A stretch of 64,000 nucleotides of DNA, taken from the NCBI GenBank assembly GCA_964016885.1, contig OZ024744.1, positions 55,800,001 through 55,864,000 of the forward strand, written 5' to 3'. This document shows positions 11,587-23,049 of the stretch, piece by piece. This DNA comes from Eledone cirrhosa. Its lineage: Eukaryota. The number at the start of each line of letters is the position of its first letter. Within the stretch, counting starts at the first letter, position 1. The notes beneath the pieces were generated by a model, which ran no database searches, was not told where the DNA came from, and saw only the letters and a program-made list of their open reading frames with translations. Both the position numbers and the translations under genes were made by a program.

Positions 11587-11789
11587 ATGATGGTGATGGT
11601 GATGGTAATAGCAGTAGTATTAAAACTGCATGATTCAGTGAAACTATTTATGTTTATTATACATAAACATATTGTATATATCTCTATACACAAGATATAT
11701 ACAATATGTTTATGTATAATAAACATACATAGTTTCACTGAATCATGCAGTTTTAATACTACTGCTATTATCATCACCATTACCATCAT
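11587..11789. repeat. Near-perfect palindrome, 97-bp arms and 9-nt loop
   Basis: 11587-11683 versus the reverse complement of 11693-11789, about 3 mismatches. The ORFs on both strands translate almost identically. Confidence 0.97.
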
Positions 11790-14069
11790 CATTGTTGTTC
11801 AAAATGGCCATTTTTCCATGCAAGCACGAGTTAGACGAATTGTCCCATTGTGAGACAAGCCAGATCAGATGACTGTGTCTTGCTCATATAGAACTGTTTC
11901 TGTGACTAGATGCTCTTCTTAATGCCAACCACATTTACAGTGTGGACTATTGTGTCACCAGCATGCACCTTACAAGGTGGACTGGCTGCTTCTTGTGTCA
12001 CCAACATGACCACCTTACAAGATGGACTGGGTGTTCTTTTGTCATATCACCAGCATAAGCACCTTACATGGTAAACTGGGGACTTTTGTTGTGTCACCAG
12101 CATTACCACCTTTCAGGGTGGACTGAGAACCTTTAACCATTTTAGCAGCATTATGAGAGACCATGGTCCAGATTTCCAAGCTTGTATGCATGGGTTGGGC
12201 AGGAGAGGTAGGTCTATCTAAAATGGAAGGTGGAGGTTGGGGGAGGATGTGGTACTTGTGGTACTCAGGGATTGGATAGGTATATCTAAGGTAGGGTACT
12301 TAGCTGGTGAAAGGTGGAGGTATATGGAAGGAGCCCTGGCGAACTCTCACTTGCACACTAAATTCCTCACTATAGTCATTAATTTTAACCTTGCTGACCT
12401 CTCCTCTGTACATGGCTGTGTTGCCTTCACGCCTGGTGACATGAGAAAGCACCCAGTCCACTCTGTAAGGTGGTTATGGTGGAGACAACAAAAAAAAGCA
12501 TCCAGTCCACCCTGTTACTTGGTCATTTTGGTGCCATGATAAAAAGCACTCAGTCCTCACTGTAATGTGGTTGATGTTAGGAAGGGCATCAAGCCAAAAT
12601 ACAGACCCATATGAGCAAGACAGTCACCTGACCTGGGGGGGGGGGGGTACCGTGAAAAAAGTGGCCAAAACAGGGGAAAATGAGGCAAAATGGGGAGATT
12701 TTACATAATGAAATCTATAGCCATTTTCACAAGCCCCAGGACAGGGAAAGTAGACAGGTCTGAGATAGATAATGAGAAAGTTAGTTATATTAGTAAACTG
12801 CTCTTAGTTCTATGATACGAAACTGTTTGTTTTAAAAGGTTTTTATATTTATTTAAAAACTCTCCATTATAATTTTGAATGAGAATCTTTGTCAAGTTAT
12901 GTTCCAAACACCAGCTTGATAATAAAAAAAAGATAGGTATATTACAAAATCCCTCCAAACTCTTGATTATTTTCAAAATTATTTGAAAATGAAATATTCA
13001 GCAGTGTATTTCACGAGAAATATAGTAATGAAGAGACTAATAAGCCCAAATAAAGCAATTGTGGTCTCAGCAAGATAATCATAAAGGTGCTCAACTAAAT
13101 ACCACAAAATATTTAATTTAGAGTCACTTTAGATGACAAGAAAACCTCCATAAAAAGGACACATTCAATAAGGGTTATCTGAAAATAAAATGGGATGGTA
13201 ATGGTGAGAACACTTTGTGCACAAGACTACTTGATCAAAGGTGACCTGTGGTTCAATATCAACACAACTATTTAAATCAGTTAAACATAATATTCTTTCT
13301 TAAAAATAGGTTACTATAACCCAATTACTTATATTATCTTAACTATGTAATTTTGATGATTCTGATATGCAGAATACTCATGCAAATTTTTCGTCCAGTA
13401 CATATTAGTATAATAAAAATAAACACATTATACATTTGGTTCACAATCATATTAAAGTCGAAATTCGGTAACATTTAGAAATTAGAATGAGAAACAAGTT
13501 TGCGTGTGTGAGTACGCACGCGTTTGTGTAGTTATCTCCCTTCGATTGTTAATTTTTAATCCCCGACCTTTCACACTTATCCTTTGGTATGACGACTAAA
13601 ATCTAGTTGTGTCAGTCAGTCCTTCACGATCACTTTATTTATTTATTTATTTATTTATTTAGAGAGAGAGAGAGAGAGCCAAGCGCGAGATATGTACATA
13701 GATAGATAGAGAAAATGGAATGCTGTGTGTTTTCGTGATGACAGAAAGAGGTAGATAGACAGAAAGTTATGACGTCGCCCTCACCCATGTATATATATAT
13801 ATATATTGGGGGGTGGGGGTGGGGGGCACTGAGCGAATTTATATAGATCGAAGTAAAGAAATGTGAATAATGTGTGTTTTCGAGGTGATAGAAAATTATG
13901 ATGTCACCCTCATCTACATAGGGAGAGCGGGGACCAATAAGCATTCATAGACATACTCACATGAAAATTGTTCACCGAATTAAAATATTAATTTAATAAG
14001 TTGATGTTATTTTAAAATTTATACTGTTTTAAAATCTATACTATTTTAAAAATCTATTTTAAAATCTAT

Positions 14070-14780
14070 ACAAAAATGAAAGGCAGACTGTATGATGCAT
14101 GTATCCGAACAGCAATGTTACATGGTAGTGAGACCTGGGCGCTGAAGGTGGAAGACTTACGTAGATTAGAGAGAAACGAAGCCTGCATGCTCCGATGGAT
14201 GTGTAATAGTAATATACACAAACGGCAAAGCATAAATGAATTGAGAGAGAGACTGAGCATAAGAGGAATCAAATGCTGTGTGCAGGAGAGGCGGTTGCGT
14301 TGGTATGGACATGTGATGCGTATGAAGGATGACAGCTGCATAAAAAGGTGCTGAGCACTAGAAGTCGATGGAAACCGTGGAGTGGGGAGACCCAAGATGA
14401 CCTGGGATGAGGTGATAAAAGCCGACCTTACCCAATTACATCTCTCAAAGGCGATAACACACGACCATGACCTCTGGCATCACGCAGTAATACAGAAGAC
14501 CCGACCTCCCATGGTTACAAGCTGAAGCATATAGACAATATGCCCCCACACCCTCCCACTGCAAGGTGGTCGTGGAGGTGCCATGGCAAAAAAAGCACCC
14601 AGCCCACACTGTAAAGTGGACGTGTAGGCACCACGAAAAAGCACCCAGCTGTAGAAATCAAGTCAAATCAGTTCCTGTATGAGCAAGGCATGGTCAGCCG
14701 ACCAGACACTGCCCACAACAGGACAACCCGTCTAACCCATGCTAGCGTGGAAGAACGGACGTAAAACGGTGATGATGATA
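14070..14780 (+). mobile_element. RTE LINE 3' fragment with tail
   Basis: KGRLYDACIRTAMLHGSETWAL...RRLRWYGHVMRM, followed by the ...cccatgctagcgtggaag..(gat)n tail. Confidence 0.9.
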
Positions 14781-16519
14781 GATACAGAAGACCAGACTTC
14801 CCACGAGTACAAGCCGAAGCTGAAGCATATATACAGTATGTCCGCACCCCCTCCCACTGGAAAGTGGTCGTGTAGGTGTCACAATAAAAAAAAGCACCCA
14901 GACTACACTATAAATGGTTGTACAGGTGTCATTACAAAATGCACTCAGACCACACTATAAAGTGGTCATGTAAGAGTCATGACAAAAAGCACCCAGACCA
15001 CACTATAAACTGGTCGTGTAGGTGTCATGACAAAAAGCACCTAGACCACACTGTAAAGTGATCATGTAGGTGTCATGACAAAAAGCACCCAGCACTCATT
15101 GTAAATGAGGTTGGTGTTAGGAAGGGCATCCAGCTGTAGAAATCAAGCCAAAATCTGTTCTGTACGAGTAAGACAGGGTCACCTGACTTGGCATAGCCTA
15201 CAACAGGACAGCTTGTCTAACCCATGCTAGCATGGAAAAATGGACGTTAAACAATGATGATGATGATGAAACAATTAGTCAGTCGGCTTTAAGGCAGAGC
15301 TCCTCTCTGTGGTGAAAAGTTATTTTATAAGCAACTGTCAGATTTTAGTAGAATATATTCTTTCTATGCTATATCAACTATATTCAGAATATTTAGAATT
15401 TTTTCCTCTAAGGTTGGGAATGAATTGTTGTAACTGTGATACAGATGTGTATACATTGTCAAGCTGTAAAGATAAAGGTAACAGATATTTGTAGTAAATG
15501 TTCTTTAGTGGAATAATTTTTCAAGGTTCAGTTTTGGAAAATACACCATTGTGGATAACAAATGTACAGAAGATTGCAGTGAAGCCTCAAGACAACAGCA
15601 GTGGAGAAGAAGAGCTAGACTCAGCTACGAAGAAGCATAGGCTATTTGACAAGCAACGGTGTAAGGCATAGAGAGATTTGGCAAAACATGCCACAAAAAA
15701 AAAAAAAAAAAAAAAAAAAAACCGATCTTATTTACGCTCAGAATGCAGACCAACATTGTGCAGTGGGGAAAGAGCTGTCACAAGAAAAAAAAGAGACCAG
15801 ATTCTTGCTTAGGACACTGAGCAGCAACAAATTGCAAGAAGACAACTTTCCCAGAAACTATGTCAACAAAATTTTGGAACAAGACAGCTCAGCATCGAAG
15901 ATTTCATCGAAATAATTTAAGAATGGCCCAAAACATTGCACGACATTAAGATTTGGATGCACTGCAAGAAGTTAATGTAAACGCTTTCCAATGCAACTGT
16001 GGTCTGATGGAAGAACAATGCAATCACTACAGTGCCATGATGTTCCTTATAGAGCGCATGAGTGATTAGCTGATAATCCTAACTTTGACCCGTGCTGCAA
16101 GTCTGGGTTAATACAAATACCTAATGTTTCCAAACTTCCTAAATATTTAAATAATCTTTACAGCGAGAACACACCTGAAACAAATTACTTCAGATCTAAT
16201 ATTAGGCAATTCAACAATGGAATAGCCATGTATTCAATTAAAGTAAACGATGCAACAGTGGTTAGAGGCATAGCAAATTATCATATACATGGAATTCTTT
16301 ATAGATTAATTGGCACTCCATGAAATCAAATTGTCTCTGTCCCCTCCTGCCTGCAAACTTACTTCTTTGACCCTGAAGAACAAATAAAGCAATGTATGTA
16401 AAGGTTACCAAGAGAGAATGCAAAGAGTTCAGGATGAAAATATTTTCTGGAAAATACACTCCAACATGGTATCCACTGAAAATACATGCATACTTTCTTA
16501 TCTCTCAGTACAGGAACAT

Positions 16520-17490
16520 ATAATAAATGTATAACTAATTTATTTCATAAATATATACTTCATAGTTGCACAAACAACATTACAAATTGTTTGCAATTCC
16601 TTCAGAATGAAAATATAAACAGAGCATATAAATAAATTTACAGTAGAATAACATAAATATGTTTTAAATATATACATAAATAACATTACAAATGCCTTGG
16701 TAACACTACAAAGGATGATACAATGAAAGATATATTCCTTCAGTGCTACAATATTAAAGAAAATGTAAAGGAAGGGGTGAACAACGGTGCCAACACCAGA
16801 GCAAAAGACAGCAACATCGTGAGTACTGGGCAACCTCTCTAATGATTTTTGAGGCAAGCCAAGCACCCTCGCAAAATTCGCCAGTCACCTCTATTAGGCG
16901 AGCCGCCAGTGAGAAAAGGAACCTCGCAGTCAGCGCCCCACTCCCCCAAACGTCTCGAAAGCCACAAGCTGAAAAATGTAGCTGGCCGACAGATCAGAGT
17001 ATTTGAGGGTCTTACTCCGCTCGGCTGCAAAAGCTGTGGCTCTCATCCTAACCGCAGCATCCAGGATGTGGGAAAGAGCAAAAGAGTCACTAACAGTGAT
17101 GTCCCAGACAAGGCACCTACCTCTCGACTAGGGGCACAGGGTAAAGCCATCAGGTCTTTTGCCGTCACTTCTGGACACCCCAGTTTGTTCTAAGACTGAG
17201 GGGATATTCGCCCGGGCCAAAGCTCTCTTCAGAATGAAGTTTAGCTCCGTGTGACGCGCAAAGCGGCCGACATTCAGGCAGCAAGAAAGACCGTGGAGGA
17301 CTGTAGAGTCGAGGAGTTTGCCGCATCGGCACCTCAAACCCATGCAGACGTCAGCTCCCACTCTGAGGGCGATGGAGACACGAAGTTTGTCCAGGCTGAG
17401 TAGGCCACCAACGTTGGCCAGGGGTAGGGCATCAACCCAGTCGCCTGAGTATTTGGCGCTGGCAGATAGTGAGCGGCACCTTTGAAGTGG
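16520..17490 (-). mobile_element. 3' part of a CRE/SLACS-type non-LTR retrotransposon with restriction-like endonuclease, nested in the Helitron
   Basis: CRCG...HGLSC...GRFARH.ELN.ILKRAL...SVLE...DGKRPDG.TL.P..G.CLVWD.T...K..KY..L...ET.G, i.e. a CCHC knuckle plus PD-(D/E)xK RLE. GC-rich relative to the flanks, with an AT-rich 3' UTR. Boundaries approximate. Confidence 0.82.
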
Positions 17491-18128
17491 GAAACATTCC
17501 AGCAAATGTAAAAATTGACCTGCATGCAGATAAGAAATCTAATGGTGAGCACTCCAGAAGGTATAACTTACCAACATACAATGAACTGGCAACCCTTATA
17601 CCAAATGGCAATGAAGAAAAAACCGCGTAATACAGAAAGAATCGTAGTGGCAAAATATAGAGCAAAAAATATTGAAGCTACTTTGCAAACTTTCAGTGAT
17701 TCTTACTGATCATATGATCCTAAGATGTACCCCTGTTTCTTTCCATCTGGCTTAGATGGCTGGCACCTTGGATTATAACCATTGTTCAATATTACTCTTA
17801 TTGTCTAATGAAGAGAGCCGCATCCATCAACATATTGCATCGTGACCAGCGTTTGTTTCAGCTTGCTTAAAAATGTCCCATATTTGGAACCACTGCCAAA
17901 TTTTTCTACCGACTATAAACATGTCTTGACATGTAAAACTGCCTTGACAATAAAGACTTCACCTCACACACATGCCTGAACCATCATGCTACATGGCTCC
18001 TGCAACTAGGAGAGGGAAGGTTTCCTCACATTGCTGACTCTCCTTACAGTGATGCCATAGAAATTCCAGCCCATTATTAGATTGATAGTAAAGAAACTTA
18101 TTTCACTTCGTGTATGAAAACTTAGAAC

Positions 18129-18550
18129 ATAATTATAATGATGTTGTGGCTATCATCAAGAGCCATCCTTACCATATAATTATAATGATGCTGTGGTTAT
18201 CATCAAGAGCCATCCTTACCATATAATTATAATGATGTTGTGGCTATCATCAAGAGCCATCCTTACCATATAATTATAATGATGCTGTGGCTATCATCAA
18301 GAGCCATCCTTACCATATAATTATAATGATGTTGTGGCTATCATCAAGAGCCATCCTTACCATATAATTATAATGATGTTGTGGCTATCATCAAGAGCCA
18401 TCCTTACCATATAATTATAATGATGTTGTGGCTATCATCAAGAGCCATCCTTACCATATAATTATAATGATGTTGTGGTTATCATCAAGAGCCATCCTTA
18501 CCATATAATTATAATGATGTTGTGGCTATCATCAAGAGCCATCCTTACCA
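18129..18550 (+). repeat. 47-bp minisatellite, 9 copies
   Basis: Unit ataattataatgatg(t/c)tgtgg(c/t)tatcatcaagagccatccttaccat at exact 47-bp spacing from 18129 to 18505. Confidence 0.97.
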
Positions 18551-20821
18551 CCAAAAAATACTGAAGTTGACATTTTTAATGAGGAAATCATGTGATAACT
18601 TCCATGGGAAACACTATTAGAAGTGTTGATTCAATCGTGGATGAACACCAAGCCAATCTTTATCCACCTGAATTTCTAAATTCTCTTAATATAAGTGGCA
18701 TGCAGTCTAATATCGTCAAACTGAAAATTGGAGCTCCTATAATGCTGCTGAGAAAACTACATCACAGAAACAGTCACTGCAACGGAACTTGATGCAGGGT
18801 TCTGTCTGCAACCAACACTCTCATAACAGCAAGAAAAATGATCGGTGTTGATGCTGGGTACACTTTGCTAATCCTGCGCATCAGCCTCCAGTCCTCCGAT
18901 ACTGATCTACCATTCACTCTGAGATGCAGGCAGTTTCCTGTGAGGCTTGCATTTTTGATGTTAAAAAATAAATATCAAGGACAGAGCCTATCAAAGTGCA
19001 GTATTTATATTCCATCATCAGTATTCACTCATGGTCAACAGTAGAGTACGGAACCATATGAATATCAAAATCTATGCAGGTCAACATGAGTTTAATGCAG
19101 CACAAAGACACTGAAGTATAAATAATTTTATTATTTTCATAGCAGTATGCCAGCAGGCACCTTTGCCGCTTATATTACACTCAACTCCAAGCTGATCACA
19201 CTAGATAAATCTCCTCCAAAACTATCTATTTCTATTCTCACTATGCACACATACAACCATAAGTTAGAAAGTGTTTCAAACCAAAATGTACATACTTCTC
19301 TACTTGACTATCAACAAAACCATGTCTAAACAGTCAACCCAATCTTTGTTCCCTAAATATTAACCCTCCTGATTTTCTCCAACCACACACTCCCCCATCA
19401 AATGTCCTAAAAAGGCTATGATACTAGCCCTTTTCCTTTAATTACTCTATATATACTATTATATTTTTGTGGTAAAGGCGTTATCTTACATAATATCGAA
19501 TCTATGAGATTTTGATGTTATTTATTTTGAGAACAATACCTTAACATCAGTATCAGTGGCCAGTTACAGCTGGTTTGAACAGAAAGAGGTGAGAGAATTC
19601 TGGCTGGATATGGCCGGTATAAATGCTAAAGGGTTAATACAAGAAATGCTATTATTATACAGGAAATGTATTAGAATGATGCACTTATATGTGAGTGGAA
19701 AAGGTTTAAAATTAAGTTAACTAGCCTTGATCAAGTACACCTAAGATCAAAAATATTCAAACATTTTTTGTACATCTATGATTTTTTCGCCCAAAGCCTC
19801 CCTTTGTTTGATTTTTAGACAAAGATGAAAGTGTGATTTTAGAAAGATTTGGCTATTACTTCTAGAACGCTGAATGATTACATAGAAGCTTCTTCTTTGG
19901 TTCATAAGTATTAAAGTTATCATATATACAACAATTTCAAGAAACCTTATTTTAATACTGGATAAAGAGTTATCTGGGTTTTTTAAAAATAGAATGAAGT
20001 TGTAGCAGAGTTGCTAAACACAACTTTTATAATCCTTTCGGTTTGTAAATAAATTATGTAAAAACATTATAAGGTGTTGTAACACTTTTACCACTGCCTG
20101 ACCTTGGACGTGATATGGGAAAAATCCTTTTCCCAAGGTTCTTATCACTACAACAGCAAATTTTCTTCTTGCGTGGCGACAAACTTACAAACGAACTTCA
20201 ACTTTTACGTTACATTCACTACAAACAACATGCACTTCTCAGTTAACATTTCTTGATACTTCAATTCCTCGTGTGCTACTACTATCACAAAAAACATTAT
20301 TCCTCTTATCCCTATTATGCCAACACAGCATAATATCTTTCTGCTAAAAAGTGATTTAAAGAAATGTTACTTAAAACACAGACATATAGTTATCCAGGAT
20401 TTAACATTATCTCAAAACTAGATATACTGTTACCTAGTCTCTTTGAAAGTAGGGCGACATGATTTAAAGAAACGTTATTTCAATACTGGACATAGCATTA
20501 TTTAATGTTCCTTTGAAAATAGAATGAAATGGTTGAAAGAAATGTTATCCATGATTAAAAGAAATATCTCAAAACTAGAGTGTTCAGGTACACTGATTCT
20601 CACTTGACTGTCATTTCTAGCTCTGAGGCATTTTTCAGCTACATCCCAATAACTGATTCTACTGGTAGACTATAAAATTAGTGAGGGTCTGGACAATTGA
20701 AGAGGCAACATCAAGTACTTCTAAGGCCCAATGAAATGCCATGTTGGACACTCAATCAAAAGTCTAGAGTGGCGGCCAACAACCGACTGCACCAGTTGCA
20801 GGAACTTATTATTTTTATAGG

Positions 20822-22087
20822 GGTTCAGGATTGCTAGACAATGTGTCAAGGAAAACCATGATATTGTCGGGGAGAAGTGTGTCCGTAATGATAACGGTGT
20901 ACTTGCCCTCACTGATACTGATAAGAAGAGAGACTATTAAATGAGGAGAATAAATGGGAAAAAGAAAGTCTGCCCCAAATCGATCCAATAGAAGGACCAG
21001 CAGTGCAAGTTAAAGGTAGTATAATAAGTAAGGCAATCAAAGATATGAAGACAGGCAAAGCAGCTGGGCCTTCGGAGATAGTTGCTGAGATGTTGAAGGC
21101 ATCTGGAATGGTGGGACATACTATGGTCATACCGAAAGACTGGCGTAGCAGCAGCATCATTAACTGCTACAAGGGTAAAGGGGGTGCTCTAGATAGGGGA
21201 AACTATAGAGGCATTAAGTTAGTTGACCAGGTCATGAAGGTCACAGAAAGAGTTATAGCACCACTAATCAGAGAGCGAATTGATATAGATGAAATGCAGT
21301 TTGGGTTTGTGTCAGGAAAAAGTACCACAGACGCTCTTTTCCTTGTACGACAACTACAGGAGATGTACCTAGCTAAAAGTAAACCCCTCTACTTAGCTTT
21401 TGTAGACCTGGAGAAAGCCTTTGACAGAGTACCCCGCTCCATTATCTGGTGGGCTCTTAGAAAACTAGGTGTAGATGAATGGCTTGTGAGAGCTATACAA
21501 GCCATGTATAATGAAACAGTCAGTAAGGTTAGAATTAACAATGAATATTGTGAAGAATTTAGTGTAAAAGTTGGCATTCATCAAGGCTGTCCTTAGCCCC
21601 CTCCTATTTATTATTGCCCTTCAGGCTATAACAGAGGAGTTCAAGACCGGCTGCCCATGGGAACTTCTATACGCAGCAGATCTAATGCTCATAGCTGAAA
21701 CAATGGCTGAACTAGAGAAGAAATTCCAAACATGGAAACATGGCCTAGAATCAAAAGGCCTTAAAGTTAACTTGTCTAAGACTAAAGTTCTAGTTTGTAG
21801 AAAGGAAAATAGGGCACAGGTGCCCTCAGGGAAATGGCCATGCTCAGTGTTATGAAAGGAGTAGGCAGAAATTCCATTTTATGTCCTAAATGTAAAGTAT
21901 GGGTACATAAAAGATGTAGTGGGGATCACAGGTAAACTATCTAAGAACGTAGACTTTATATGTGGCCAATGCTCAGGTGCAATAAGTAGCAAGTGTCCAC
22001 AGGATACTAGCTCCTATTGCTCAGATGGTTCTATAGAAATACTAGACACTTTCCATTACTGACAAAATCAGCAGTGGTGGAGGGTGC
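20822..22087 (+). mobile_element. RTE LINE RT fragment (frameshifted)
   Basis: GKAAGP, NYRGIKL, QFGF, FVDLEKAFDRVPR, HQG, YAAD, then the Cys-rich insert. Confidence 0.92.
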
Positions 22088-22350
22088 ATTTTTTCACGCT
22101 CAGAGTTGCTGAAGAATAGAATAAACTGCCTGCATCAATTGTTAGCTGCCAAGACACTGCATCCTTTAAAACCTCCATACTTCCCGAGATTTGCCAACAC
22201 TACACCCAATACACATGCACACATGTATATCGTGACTCATACATTGTTCACTTTCCTGACATTTGTACATAATTCTATGTACTATACATGCATCTTTGAT
22301 GAATTGTAGTGCACCTGAGCACTGCACACAATTTTATTATTATTATCATA
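22088..22350 (+). mobile_element. CR1 LINE 3' end
   Basis: Reverse complement of the CR1 3' UTR at 29550-29830. Ends in gtgcacctgagcac plus an (att)n tail. Confidence 0.88.
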
Positions 22351-23049
22351 TTTCTAATGAAAAATACTGCCTATGATTTTCAAATAATTTTGTTTAATAA
22401 TCAAGAATTTGAAGGTATTTAGTATAATGAACCTTTTCTTAAAGCTTCTTACATGAAATTATGATAGGTTTTAGATAAATATAAACACTTTAACATAATT
22501 TCATACCATACAACTAGAGGTGGTTTGATGTCAAAAGAGTTAAGTGTTTCAATTATTTCCCTCTTAACTCTTTTGTTACCACATTTCTAATGAAATACAC
22601 AGAATATGATTTTTTAAATAATTGTTTCTACTTTTGGCACAAGACCAGCAATTACCCAGTACATTACTGGTACTTTATTTTATCGACCCTGTAAGGATGA
22701 AAGGCAAAGTTAACCTTTCATCCTTACGAATTAAGTATTTGAAGGGATTTAACTTTGCAGGTCTGAGAAGAGTACCAAATTGGTGATTGGTGTAAATAAG
22801 ACCACCAAAACTGTAATGTGGTTAGAGGCAACAAAGACAGTATGTTGCATTGTCCTCTGTGTGGGTTAACAAGGGATGTATTCAGACCTTAGGTAGAGTG
22901 ACTTGTTTGAAAATATATTGCAGTCTCCATTTCATGCAGCAAGAACAGGCAATGGGCCTGTGACCTGGACAATTATAGAGGAGACAGGCACCACAAAACA
23001 CTTCTGGTAGGCATGGAATGGACGCATGTGTATCCTGAGACCCCCAAAG

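Larger units (their letters stand above)
15560..19090 (+). mobile_element. Degraded, internally deleted Helitron (Rep/PIF1 helicase remnants)
   Basis: Manual translation gives GLMEEQC..SAMMF..E / CCKSG / YFRSNIRQFNN / YHIHGILYRLIG (16000-16320), HSRRYNLPTYNELA and YDPKMYPCFFPSGLDGWH (17550-17770), WLLQLGEG, YPPEFLNSL..KLKIGAPIMLLR..CNGT and LPF..RQFPVRLAF...QGQSL..VFTHGQ (18660-19040). Confidence 0.9.

Noticed and set aside
11463-11853. Two overlapping antisense ORFs with near-identical translations
   Set aside because: A direct consequence of the DNA palindrome, with no protein-like features.
14033-14070. atctatactattttaaaa repeats as the Helitron 5' TC terminus
   Set aside because: It is separated from the Helitron coding remnants by other elements, and no matching 3' hairpin-CTRR end was found. 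Cannot be supported.
20075-20325. Possible solo LTR (TGTTG...CAACA)
   Set aside because: The termini fit, but there is no matching 4-6 bp target-site duplication and no second copy or internal domain. Unsupported without a database search.
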